From an uncultured archaeon (GTDB lineage: Archaea; Asgardarchaeota; Lokiarchaeia; Sigyniarchaeales; SOKP01), in assembly GCA_964508365.1 (NCBI GenBank), contig CAZDTP010000031.1, positions 1-45,028 on the forward strand: DNA of 45,028 nt. The letters are read 5' to 3'. How positions within the stretch are numbered: position 1 is the stretch's first letter; every line of letters begins with the position of its first letter. A program made the translations under genes and the position numbers. Below the pieces are notes generated by a model. That model made no database searches, had not been told where the DNA came from, and saw only the letters and a program-made list of their open reading frames with translations. Below are positions 28,101-37,109 of this stretch, piece after piece.

Positions 28101-30407
28101 GATGATCTATTAATGGGAGGAAATTTCACATGGAAAATTAATACTTATGAACAGACTTTAAATGAATATTCGAATTTTTGGTATAATACTTCAATTCAAA
28201 TTAATCCATCAATTTTCTCACCTGGATTAAATTTAATAGGGATACAATTTGAAATGGAAAAATACAAAACTGACATATTTTATTTCCAATTGTTAGTATA
28301 TGAGCAACCAGTCAATCTGTCTGTATTTATTAATTCCCAACAAATTTCAGAAGATCAGTTAATTGAGGTAATGTTTAAACAAAATATAACAATTTCTGTG
28401 AGAGCCTATGGTAATATTGATTTGAATTATATTAACGAGGCTTCTATCTCTTGGAAAAGTGTTTCTTATGTTAAGAATTTTATTGAGTATGGAGCTAATT
28501 GGTATAATTTATCCTTAATTTTTTCAACGACAAATTTCAGTTCAGGGATTAATACAGTTTCAATTAAATTCCAAAAGCAAAATTATACGACAACTTACTT
28601 TTCTTTTCAATTGTTAGTTAGAGAACAATTAACACAACTTAATGTATCAATTAATAATCAATCTATCCTCGAAAACGCTCTAATTGAAATAATGTTTAGA
28701 GAGAATATAACTATAGCAGCACAAGTATATGCGATGGGAGAGGGGATTTTTCTTTCTGGAGGAAATATAACTTTAATAGGGGAAATGTTTAATTTTAACG
28801 TTGGTGAAAATCCTTCTTATCCTACATGGTTTACTACTGTTATCATAGTTGATGGAGCCTACTTTGATTTAGGAATCAATACAGTATCTATCAAATTTGA
28901 GCAAGCTAATTATACTGATGCCTATTTTTCATTTCAATTTTTTATAACTGCAGAAACAGTTAATTTGTCGTTATATGTAAATTCACAAGAAATTGTTGCG
29001 AATAGTTTAATTGAAATTACTTATTATGATGGATTTTCTTTATCATTAAGAGTTCTCGCAAACGTAGAGAAACTTTTTCTTGATGGGGGTAGTGCTATTT
29101 TTGTTGTTGGGAGTTGTATTCACGATTTCATTCAGTATGCTAACCATTGGTATAACATATCTGTTCTATGTAATTATTCTCATTTCGATTTAGGGATAAA
29201 TTCTGTTTATGTTAGGTTTATGCATCCGAATTACACATCTACCACCTTTTATTTTCAATTATTGGTTAATCAAATTGAAATGAAAGTTAACACTATTGAT
29301 TTTCAAGACTCAATTGAAAGCCTTCCTGGAGAATCATTAGTCATCAGAATTAATTTGACAGAAATAATTTCTGCCAAATATATTGAGAATGCTACAATCT
29401 CCTATTCATGGGAATTTGGATTAGGCAATTTTGAAGAAAGGGGAAATGGAATTTATGAATGTGAACTTGAGATCCCAGATAATATCCATGGAAGTTTTAA
29501 AGTATCTTTAATTATTTCAACAGAAAATGTTCTTTATAAAGCAACTCAAATTTCATTTCTTTTAGTAATTAGCGAACCAGAATTTCCTGTGTTTATAATA
29601 TGGATTATTATATTAATTTCTGCAGCGATTATAAGTGCTTTAGGAGTTTTAAGTTTGAGATCTTACGTGATTTTACCACGAAGAAGGAAATTTGAAACAG
29701 AATTATTATCAAGAACCCAAAAATTTAAAGATATCCAGAACATTCAGGCAATTGTAGCAATTCATAGATACAGTGGAATTCCACTCTATTCAAAAAGTTA
29801 TTCAATATTGGAGAAGCATAAAAAAGAACTTTTTTCAGGTTTCATCCAAGCTATTATTACAGTTGGAGAAGAAATGGTTGATAAAAGGGCATTCGACCGT
29901 GATTTAGCCAAATTTGATGACTCAGATGGTAGTAGAACAATTCTAGAATTAGATTTTAAATATTTTTATTGCCTAATTTGTGATCGACAAGATTTACGGA
30001 TGATTTTTATACTCAATGAAAGAGCTTCAGACAGATTGAAGAAACTGATATCGGATTTATCATTGGGAATCATGCTCGATCTTTCACAGCTAATTGAGAA
30101 CTGGGATGGCGCTATTCATGATTTTGAATTACAAATGCCTCCAATCATAGCAAAATATGTAGAATTATATTATAAAGACACTTTTGAAATAAACAATGCA
30201 GAGTTTATAGCTAGATTAAGAAAGGAAAGCGAGTTAACTTCAATGGAAACACGAATATTAAATGTTATATATTCAATAGCTAAGAGTAAAAAGGAATTTC
30301 ATTTGGATACAATCTTTGAAGTTGTACACGAAAAAAATCAAGATCTGATAATAGATGCAATTGAAACTCTATTAAACAAAAAAATTATAATATCATCAAA
30401 TAAATAA
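25155..30407 (+). CDS. Large single-pass cell-surface protein: signal/TM, CUB-like domain, beta-sandwich repeats, TM, cytoplasmic longin + wHTH (probable start ATG 25245)
   Basis: N-terminal hydrophobic segment; CUB-like IRVHFE..DFE...D.V.I.D...SPWI.G..I.I...SD; many N-x-S/T sequons; TM at ~29580-29665. Tail AIHRYSGIPLYS...LFSGFIQAI is longin-like and LTSMETRIL...IDAIETLLNKKII is wHTH-like. Confidence 0.85.
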   Translation: MNKNSPHCNLNLLIFNFISIIIIFFINGDYMEKFSNNSLLKKKIVLRITTIIIILVIFLSSSFHIPNSNIITEIKNDFNDFSQKPLLADTDLVLFEGNENALNITDYGNLYDNNQEVSLNNQEELNLTYYLDDVHDWKVSKIETQVSNIQDTRDWVNNSDFVKNVTVYRKNVDLHNKDPPPPGDHNYGDDLDEDPTNPANIHSKIYQNDALAIRVHFEIIDFEDIWDCVFIWDKYDKCYYCDTGYRTDFYSPWILGEGINITIGSDDWIGSNEYGYHIDYYEYINASSGISENLAFWSNSTNTDKDNYGSGWIGNNTAMYTALYSYPNRFDHSDYFSASYTKGYYSEIYQNLTIPRGKVIDAYISFNYYAEFAMESNDNFIYFKINNNKVYTLGLRDVVEAGRYKWHHTGQINIDLWVNTSNIFNNLINNQKINISVGIMSGASVSYSGFQDAYQQVIWFDNLSLLLTTLANSSQNDINLKLNEYSLNQGDQWGESELNITGTWDVNPVVLKVNTSSPSLSFDLDTYLYGYHETTSRIGQTTLEGVSFEILENGTVYWYFSHNFFMPSQYSDFEFIINKPLNWEFIYALDPTLLSRLFENGNVGDSILKINKSSALFLGWWSFKARSPNYLDIENTKMLKQDEWSRTSFNTGESTRIKTQVNYSGEIPRNIESTEVNLTISDPDGKQWYSEMKSPLSNGSVFFSEIYFDALNTTGGQYDYTLFWSNGTSLGGLNSSFLVLHQSSFSLIKPNDAISDFQTDAFIGDIIPVQIKLKDSENNNSISNAIISYNWTSGTLDFDEAGLGIYETILDTSDLISNGFYEILIEFSKVGFFDYNLTLKINLREETNVQRIQSDYNIELHANSTIKFRYHSFLDGEGIDGANVGVNISNPDLYSIENLLGGYYNIEFDTSFTDNLGIIQLNFNFSAPSFEPQMHIYQFEIVEQSVNITAYVDNVEIQQNSIIELTYMEEINISTQARALIDDDLLMGGNFTWKINTYEQTLNEYSNFWYNTSIQINPSIFSPGLNLIGIQFEMEKYKTDIFYFQLLVYEQPVNLSVFINSQQISEDQLIEVMFKQNITISVRAYGNIDLNYINEASISWKSVSYVKNFIEYGANWYNLSLIFSTTNFSSGINTVSIKFQKQNYTTTYFSFQLLVREQLTQLNVSINNQSILENALIEIMFRENITIAAQVYAMGEGIFLSGGNITLIGEMFNFNVGENPSYPTWFTTVIIVDGAYFDLGINTVSIKFEQANYTDAYFSFQFFITAETVNLSLYVNSQEIVANSLIEITYYDGFSLSLRVLANVEKLFLDGGSAIFVVGSCIHDFIQYANHWYNISVLCNYSHFDLGINSVYVRFMHPNYTSTTFYFQLLVNQIEMKVNTIDFQDSIESLPGESLVIRINLTEIISAKYIENATISYSWEFGLGNFEERGNGIYECELEIPDNIHGSFKVSLIISTENVLYKATQISFLLVISEPEFPVFIIWIIILISAAIISALGVLSLRSYVILPRRRKFETELLSRTQKFKDIQNIQAIVAIHRYSGIPLYSKSYSILEKHKKELFSGFIQAIITVGEEMVDKRAFDRDLAKFDDSDGSRTILELDFKYFYCLICDRQDLRMIFILNERASDRLKKLISDLSLGIMLDLSQLIENWDGAIHDFELQMPPIIAKYVELYYKDTFEINNAEFIARLRKESELTSMETRILNVIYSIAKSKKEFHLDTIFEVVHEKNQDLIIDAIETLLNKKIIISSNK
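27981..29270 (+). repeat. Four tandem ~107-109-aa beta-sandwich repeats inside the surface protein
   Basis: Units begin at ~27981, 28302, 28623 and 28950 (EQ.VN...IN.Q.I..N.LIE..F..NITI...F..G.N.V.I.F...NY....F.FQL.V). Confidence 0.8.
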
Positions 30408-30444
30408 GTAATTAGTACTTTTTTCGCATTCTATTAGATACATT

Positions 30445-31056
30445 ATGGGTATTAATAATAAATTAAGGTTTCAATGCGTACATTGCGGTCAGTGTTGCCT
30501 TAATCAGAATACGCTCGTAAATACGACATATTTAGATGTTCTGAGAATAAAAAATGGATTAAATTTAACTCTCGATGAAGTAATTGAAATTCTAGGTTTC
30601 TATGTATTTGATCAACCACCCTTAACGAGCGAGATAGATCGAATGGTAGTTCCACCTATACACACCGAAAGAGGAATGGCATTTGTCGGTTTGAAAAAAA
30701 AATCAAATGGACAATGTTTTTTTTACGATAAAGCCAAAGAAAGATGCTCCATTTATGCATTTAGACCAGGATTTTGTAGAACATTTCCTTTTACATTCAC
30801 AATTCAAAGAGACAAAAATAAGAAAGAAAGCAACATCAACATATTTTACACCCAAAAAGGGATTCAATATTGCCAAGGCATAGGAGAAGAATACCCTAAT
30901 ATTGATTTGGAACAATGGATAAAATTAGGTCGTGAAGTCATACAAGATTTATCGAAAAATAATCAATTAATTGAAAAATGGAATATGAGTATTAAAAATA
31001 AACAGATTTTACCTACAGCTAGGAATTTTATCTTGACTATTTTTAATTTAGAATAA
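30445..31056 (+). CDS. YkgJ family cysteine-cluster (CxxCxxCC) zinc/iron-chelating protein
   Basis: FQCVHCGQCC, C.FYD...RCSIY..RP..CRTFPF and YCQGIG. Confidence 0.9.
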   Translation: MGINNKLRFQCVHCGQCCLNQNTLVNTTYLDVLRIKNGLNLTLDEVIEILGFYVFDQPPLTSEIDRMVVPPIHTERGMAFVGLKKKSNGQCFFYDKAKERCSIYAFRPGFCRTFPFTFTIQRDKNKKESNINIFYTQKGIQYCQGIGEEYPNIDLEQWIKLGREVIQDLSKNNQLIEKWNMSIKNKQILPTARNFILTIFNLE

Positions 31057-31073
31057 AATTTTAATACATACAG

Positions 31074-32657
31074 TTAGATGTACTGAGAAAAAGCTAATAA
31101 TAACCAAAATAGCATCCGTAGTTCAATTTTAAAAGCAATCTTATTATTTTTCCAATCGAATTCATTAAGTTTGCTTTCGGCTTTAAACATATTTAAGTTC
31201 TGATTTAAAAAATTTAATAATCCTGATATTATATTCAATTCTTTATCACTTAAGCCTAATAATATTAAACTCAACAACCCTCTAGCAGTTTCAGTAATAC
31301 TTTCATTAAGAGAACCATTAGGTAATATTATGTTTTTAAGCTCGTTCAAATAAGGTTTTCTAAAATTGCTGAAATCAACATTCTTGTCTAATAATCTCAT
31401 AAGTCCTAAAAAAAAGAAAATGTCTGAAGCTGGTTTAAATCCTTCCAAATTAAATACATCTACTTTTTTAAGCGGTTCTATTAAATATTTCTTCTCGGTT
31501 ATTATACCTCCATTTATTTCAAGTATTTTTAAGCATAGAATTGTAAAAAAATGTAGAAATATCTTTTCAGGTACAAAATTTTTTAGTTCATTCTCAAGGA
31601 ACATTTCAATATCTAATAAATCAATAATTTCATCATTATTTAGCATATTTAATTCACGAAGAATTGACAACCCATAATAAATACTAATTGGGTTTGGGAT
31701 GTGATATATTCCGGTGCTAAAGACTCCTCCGTTTATATAATTACCCATGATATTTTTAACATATCCCGTTTCAAACTGATTTCTTAATCCTAACATTTTA
31801 AGTATATTAATACAATAAAAGAGATTCTCTAAATCTAAAAATTCAGGTGAGGAATTAACAAAATTTATTAATTGTTTTGCATCCAATCTAATCTTATCCT
31901 TAATTGATTGGTTCACATTGGGAAAATCTAAGAAATGATTTAAAAGCGATTGGGATTCTTTTTGATATACACTACTCTCTCCCCGCTCTTGAATTATTGG
32001 CTTTTGAAGAACTTCTAAATTATCCACACGAGCGTCTTGTAAGCGTTTTAATATGTTATCTTCGGATATATCCTCTTTAGTTTCTTGAATTTGAAAATTT
32101 TTTTTCTTGAATATTAACTTCGACGGATTGAAATATGTTTCAATTTCATTATAAAAAGTTTTAAATATTTTCTTGCTCTCTTCTGATATCACGAATTTCT
32201 TTCTAAGGATTCTCAAGTTGCTGAGAAAACCTCGAGGTAGTAAATCAAATAAATCCAAATTTTCAAGGATTTTGTCATCAGCATCGATTATATAGTTTAA
32301 AATTATTACAAATAGATGCTTATTGATATAATCGTTTATCCCAAGTTGTAAAAATGAGAGATAATTAGTAAAATTACTTCTCTTACTTAAAAAAGAGTCT
32401 TGGAATAAAATTTGATTAGATGTAATTTCACTTTTAGATACTCCAATCGTCATGAACGCCGAATTCGTAGTAGCTATTATTTGAAATATTGTACTATTTA
32501 TCTTTTCCTCTGTTTCATTATCGATAATCGCGGAAACACTTATGTTTTTAGAAATTATGAGATCTCCTATGTAAGATTCATAAATCTTATACAGCCTGTA
32601 GATATCATTATTCAAAAAATCTATTATATCGGTTATTACGTTCACTATTTCATCCAT
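31074..32657 (-). CDS. Hypothetical protein with C-terminal prenyltransferase/terpene-cyclase-like alpha-alpha repeats
   Basis: Repeated helices LENLFYCINILKML, NGGVF...NPISIYYGLSILREL, ASDIFFFLGLMRLL and NGSL..SITETARGLLSLILL. Confidence 0.55.
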   Translation of the reverse strand: MDEIVNVITDIIDFLNNDIYRLYKIYESYIGDLIISKNISVSAIIDNETEEKINSTIFQIIATTNSAFMTIGVSKSEITSNQILFQDSFLSKRSNFTNYLSFLQLGINDYINKHLFVIILNYIIDADDKILENLDLFDLLPRGFLSNLRILRKKFVISEESKKIFKTFYNEIETYFNPSKLIFKKKNFQIQETKEDISEDNILKRLQDARVDNLEVLQKPIIQERGESSVYQKESQSLLNHFLDFPNVNQSIKDKIRLDAKQLINFVNSSPEFLDLENLFYCINILKMLGLRNQFETGYVKNIMGNYINGGVFSTGIYHIPNPISIYYGLSILRELNMLNNDEIIDLLDIEMFLENELKNFVPEKIFLHFFTILCLKILEINGGIITEKKYLIEPLKKVDVFNLEGFKPASDIFFFLGLMRLLDKNVDFSNFRKPYLNELKNIILPNGSLNESITETARGLLSLILLGLSDKELNIISGLLNFLNQNLNMFKAESKLNEFDWKNNKIAFKIELRMLFWLLLAFSQYI

Positions 32658-32851
32658 TATTATCCCGCTTGTCCACGTAGCTCATAAATATTTAATAATA
32701 TCTGTAGTAAAAATACTAATTACAAATAAATTTACATTAAATTAGAGAATTATTATTTTTTCTAGTATTTATTACTAAATCGGTAAGAGCAAAAAATCTA
32801 GGATTAAAGGAAAGAAATTTTTTAGATAATAAATGTGTTTTACTTACAGAG

Positions 32852-33646
32852 ATGAATAAGAAAATTTACGATATTTTAGCGCTAGATTATCATCAAAAAC
32901 GATTTTATCCATGGAAGGATTTTGAATTGTTTTTTAATAAGCTCATTCAAAAAGGAGTATCCTTTAATGGATATAATATCGATTTAGGATGTGCAAATGG
33001 AAGAAATTTTAAAATTTTTTTACAATCTAATATTAAATTGATTGGTATTGATAACTCAATAGAATTACTGAAAATTGCTCGTAATCGATTAAAAACTGGA
33101 AATAATTATACGATTAAAGAACAGAGATCAATTGAACTAATTCAAAGTGATATCAATAGAATACCAATCAGACTAGAATCGGTAAATAATATCTTTTCTA
33201 TCGCAGCAATCCACCATATTAAAAACATTCATAATCGTAATCGAGTTTTAAAACAAATCTACGCGATTTTAAAGAATAATGGATTATTGTTCTTAACCGT
33301 GTGGAGAAAATATCAAAAAAAATATCGATATTATTTCATTCGCGATTGGTTTAAAAGATTGTATAGTTCGGACTATAGAAGTGCACAAAGTAATCTTAAT
33401 TTAGCAGAACATGGAGATAAATCTATCCCATGGACAATTTCAAAAGAGAATTTGACTTACAATCGATTTTATCACTTTTTTTCAAGTAAAGAACTGAAAA
33501 AATTGTTAAGAAGCTTTGTAATTAAGGAAATGGAAAAGAGAGGAGGTCCTAATAAAAAAGACAATTTTTTTGTTCTGGCCAAAAAAGAGAGCGAAGTTAA
33601 AAAAGTTAAAACTGATAGTTCACTCGTGACATATAATGGTGTTTAG
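32852..33646 (+). CDS. Class I SAM-dependent methyltransferase, Trm9/ALKBH8-MTase-like
   Basis: DLGCANGRN, GIDNS..LL, SIAAIHHI...R, GLLFLTVW, D..IPW and YNRFYHFF...EL match the Trm9/ALKBH8 family pattern. Confidence 0.8.
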   Translation: MNKKIYDILALDYHQKRFYPWKDFELFFNKLIQKGVSFNGYNIDLGCANGRNFKIFLQSNIKLIGIDNSIELLKIARNRLKTGNNYTIKEQRSIELIQSDINRIPIRLESVNNIFSIAAIHHIKNIHNRNRVLKQIYAILKNNGLLFLTVWRKYQKKYRYYFIRDWFKRLYSSDYRSAQSNLNLAEHGDKSIPWTISKENLTYNRFYHFFSSKELKKLLRSFVIKEMEKRGGPNKKDNFFVLAKKESEVKKVKTDSSLVTYNGV

Positions 33647-34114
33647 GGATTTAATGATAAACGGTTTAAAATTCTCAAAAAACTTATCAATAACATTAGC
33701 ATGAACATTAATTAAACGCTCAGTAACATCACAATAGAATATTCCATGTATACATTTTTCTCGATAATATCTTTTCCTCATCATTTTAGTTCTTTGTCCG
33801 AACCATCTAATAATTTCGTGGCTAAGCAGCCAATCGCTTTCCTTATTTGTGATTACAAAATCGATGGAACTATAAAGCTCGATAGAATTTTGAACTTCTT
33901 TACCAAAAAAAAAACTGGTTCTATCTTTTTTTTCCCAAGTTATCTCCATTTTGGCATTTGAACCATAAATCTCATCATAATCATTCTGAGAGTGGAAAGA
34001 GATGAACCCTTCATTTGCATCTCCTTCAAACTTCTCTTCAATTAGCCATTTAGCTAATTTATGAATGGTTATATTACCCTCATTTTTTTCGTAGGTATAG
34101 TAATTATACTCCAT
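33620..34114 (-). CDS. Hypothetical protein (164 aa), possibly Mog1/PsbP-like fold, C-terminal C-H motif
   Basis: Natural composition; YCDVTER...ICHE; 27-bp convergent overlap with the MTase gene. Confidence 0.7.
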   Translation of the reverse strand: MEYNYYTYEKNEGNITIHKLAKWLIEEKFEGDANEGFISFHSQNDYDEIYGSNAKMEITWEKKDRTSFFFGKEVQNSIELYSSIDFVITNKESDWLLSHEIIRWFGQRTKMMRKRYYREKCIHGIFYCDVTERLINVHANVIDKFFENFKPFIIKSLNTIICHE

Positions 34115-34295
34115 TATTAGAACGATTTAATTAGGTCATTTAAAAAATTGATATTTTAGTATATCAAAAAAATAGTATACATTATTAAAAATCTTTATTT
34201 TCTCATTTATTTGTTCAAAAATAATTTTATAACTCTAAAAAGACCATAAAAATATACAAAAAAAAGAAAACTCGATTATAATAATAATAGGATTA

Positions 34296-34898
34296 TTATT
34301 GCAGTAATTCCTTAGATTCTTTAATCCAAGATCTTATTCTTTCTTCTGAAACTCCTTTAATCAGGTTAGCCAACTCTGCGGGATCTTCGTTTGCGAGTTC
34401 TTCTATACAACTTACTCCAAGTTCTTCAAATTTTTTGGCAGTGGCCGGACCCAATCCTGTAAGGGAAGTTAATTCTGTTGTCTCAGCTTTTGGAAGTTCT
34501 TTCTTTATTGGTTTTGATTCTTCTTTAACTAGCTCTTTTTTGGAAGTACGCGCTTTTTTAGCGACTTTAGCTGGTTTCTCAATGACAACTTTTTTAACAG
34601 CCATCTTTTTTGGTTTTGAAACCTCGGCTTTAAAAGCCGTTCTCTTCTTCTCTTTAGCTTCGAAAGGCTTTTTCTTCTTTACTTTTTTACTAATTTCTTT
34701 TAATTTTTTAAGCTCTTCAATATTACTTTCTTTTCTAGATTTTCTGAAATAATCAATGCTAATGTTCAATGTTTTTAGTAATTCAACTGTTTTTCCTGCT
34801 TCTTGTATTTCTCCTAAAGAAAATCCTTTCGCTTTGCGTATATGAGCGTCTTTTGCAGGTGAAACTACCATTGGTACAACTTTTCTATTACTCTCCAT
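34296..34898 (-). CDS. rpl13e: 50S ribosomal protein L13e fused via a Lys-rich linker to a helix-hairpin-helix (DUF4332-like) domain
   Basis: N-terminal V.SP...R.AKGFSLGEI.EAG.......L.I.ID..RKS...NIE.L is the eL13 signature; C-terminal LTSLTGLGPATAKKFEELGV..IEELA is HhH. Confidence 0.85.
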   Translation of the reverse strand: MESNRKVVPMVVSPAKDAHIRKAKGFSLGEIQEAGKTVELLKTLNISIDYFRKSRKESNIEELKKLKEISKKVKKKKPFEAKEKKRTAFKAEVSKPKKMAVKKVVIEKPAKVAKKARTSKKELVKEESKPIKKELPKAETTELTSLTGLGPATAKKFEELGVSCIEELANEDPAELANLIKGVSEERIRSWIKESKELLQ

Positions 34899-35060
34899 AA
34901 TCTAAGCGTCACATAATTGATTCTAAGGTAATTTAGATAAATATAACAACCTTTTATTTTTTTCTATTTTAATATCGAATATAGGGATTATTTAACTTAA
35001 AATATAATTTAATTTTTAATACCTTTATAACTAAAGTTAAGGATTAGTATGACATTGACA

Positions 35061-35702
35061 TTAGAAATTGACGATATCTAACTGTTCTAATTTTTTTAAA
35101 ATGTTATTTACATCGTTCCGTGATTTAGCTAACTCCCTAGATATTCTTAAGGGTGAGGTTTTTCCATTACATCTCAATGCAACTTGAAGATCTTCTTCGT
35201 CAATCATCCCCATTGAAACGATTTTATGCAATACATTCTCGACAACAAGTAATCTTGGCATCATTTCTGCGATCTTTCCGCCTTGACATATATTTTCTAT
35301 ATCAGCAATAATAGTTTGAAATCGCGATTTCTCAGAAGTAGTTCTAAATAATTTTATATCAGATTGATGCTTTTTCCAGAACCTAATAGATATTTTTTTT
35401 ATTACATCAATTAGCTTATCCACATCATCGTCAGCATCAGAAATAGAACAAAATAAAATCCTCGAAGGAGGATGGTATACTATTATAATTGTAGAATTCT
35501 CAGATTCGACAACTCTATTCATTTCATCCCCATTTTTACCCTTAACCATAGCATCTTGAATTTTATCAATTATCTCATTTATTTCATTAAAAAATCCGGG
35601 TATAACTTTATTACTATTGCTTTGATATTTTAATTCTTTAAATGTAGCTTCTAAAAGTGATATTCCATTATCACTATCAATAAGAAAGATTTTATAGATA
35701 AT
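35061..35702 (-). CDS. Longin domain + C-terminal wHTH protein; frame extends 51 codons upstream of the tracked ATG 35549
   Basis: Upstream in-frame codons give IIYKIFLIDSDNGISLLEATF...IPGFFNEINEIIDKI (longin beta1-beta2-alpha1); C-terminal SPLRISRELAKSRNDVNNILKKLEQLDIV is an HTH. Confidence 0.75.
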   Translation of the reverse strand: MIYKIFLIDSDNGISLLEATFKELKYQSNSNKVIPGFFNEINEIIDKIQDAMVKGKNGDEMNRVVESENSTIIIVYHPPSRILFCSISDADDDVDKLIDVIKKISIRFWKKHQSDIKLFRTTSEKSRFQTIIADIENICQGGKIAEMMPRLLVVENVLHKIVSMGMIDEEDLQVALRCNGKTSPLRISRELAKSRNDVNNILKKLEQLDIVNF

Positions 35703-35856
35703 ACTACTTTACCCTTATCATTTTTAGAATTTATTAATTACTACCATAATGAAAATTCTGTGTTAATAATGTTTTTCTTTTCCAAAATTACAAGTAAAAA
35801 TAAAAATAGAGAGTTTTATAATATAAACAAACCATAATTAATTTTATCTAACAACC

Positions 35857-37083
35857 ATGAAAGCCTTCAAGCTAGTGTTATTAGTATTAATTATTACCTT
35901 TCCGGTAAATATCAACAATGAGCTCAAGGTTAGCTCTAGTAATGGCGTATCTAACTATTCAATCAACCAAAGTATTACATATCAAGTAGAAATAAACTAT
36001 ACTTTCACTCACACGGAAACTCCTTCACAATCCTATTATTTCAAAGTTGCGCGCTTAAATGATAGACAACCAAATTCGTCTATAACCCAATATTGTCCAC
36101 CATATCAAGAAGCTCAACTATTATACAATTCCATAACTGGACCCATTACGCTGATAATGGGCTCACATGATAAATTTAATAATACCTATGATTTATTTAA
36201 TGCCACTCTGAGTAATTCTGATACAATTGTATTGAGTCAGAAATACATCGTAAAGCTTAACGAGGTTGCTTTTGGCACCATAGGAGATACTGATATAGGA
36301 AGCTATGACACATCTGATGAAATATTTAGTTTATATTGTAACAATACAGAAACATATTATGATATAAACGACCCCGATTTAATTGCCGCTTCAAATAACA
36401 TCGTAGATCCTTCTGATAACCCATTAGAAAAAGCTAGGAAAATATGTGAAAATGTATCCAATTACTTAATATACGATGGAACTCTTCCCGCTGAAGAACA
36501 AGGAGCCTCTTGGGCGTTTGATAACAAAAGAGGTGATTGCAGTGAATACTCTACCTTAATGATTACACTATTGCGAATTCAAGGGATTCCAGCAAGAAAA
36601 GTAACCGGTTATTTAATTGCTGCTGAAAGGGAATTCAATCCTGCAGTAGGAGATGTTTTCACATTCACTGCGGATTCCAGTTGGAGTTCAAGCTTACTAG
36701 GACATGCTTGGGTCGAATATTATATCCCTGAAATAGGATGGATTGCGTGCGAACCTCAAATAGAAAGTTCCTATAAGAAAATTGATTATAGAAGATTTAA
36801 CCTAAACATTGGAGCTTGGTTTTTTATGCCCGGAGCCTCACCCGGTTATGATTATGTATCAGAATTTCCCCACATCCCGTCTCCAGTTGCATCAGATCAC
36901 GACGCTTACACCTTCGATTACGAGGTTAAGATAACAGTACTAGAAGCAGACTTGCTTTTTATGGATTTAATTGTTATCATTGTTATAATATCTATTGTTG
37001 GGATAGTAATAATCGGTGTTACGCTATTAATTAGATCGAATAGGAAAAAAAGAAAGCAAAACGAACAATTTTCAAACTATTAA
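35857..37083 (+). CDS. Membrane-anchored extracellular transglutaminase-like (papain-fold) protein
   Basis: Signal peptide; GDCSEYSTLM..LLR..GIPAR.V.G; HAWVEYY.P..GWI.CEP; C-terminal TM followed by a basic stop-transfer segment. Confidence 0.9.
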   Translation: MKAFKLVLLVLIITFPVNINNELKVSSSNGVSNYSINQSITYQVEINYTFTHTETPSQSYYFKVARLNDRQPNSSITQYCPPYQEAQLLYNSITGPITLIMGSHDKFNNTYDLFNATLSNSDTIVLSQKYIVKLNEVAFGTIGDTDIGSYDTSDEIFSLYCNNTETYYDINDPDLIAASNNIVDPSDNPLEKARKICENVSNYLIYDGTLPAEEQGASWAFDNKRGDCSEYSTLMITLLRIQGIPARKVTGYLIAAEREFNPAVGDVFTFTADSSWSSSLLGHAWVEYYIPEIGWIACEPQIESSYKKIDYRRFNLNIGAWFFMPGASPGYDYVSEFPHIPSPVASDHDAYTFDYEVKITVLEADLLFMDLIVIIVIISIVGIVIIGVTLLIRSNRKKRKQNEQFSNY

Positions 37084-37109
37084 AATTTTTCTTTTTCTTT
37101 TAAACTAAA

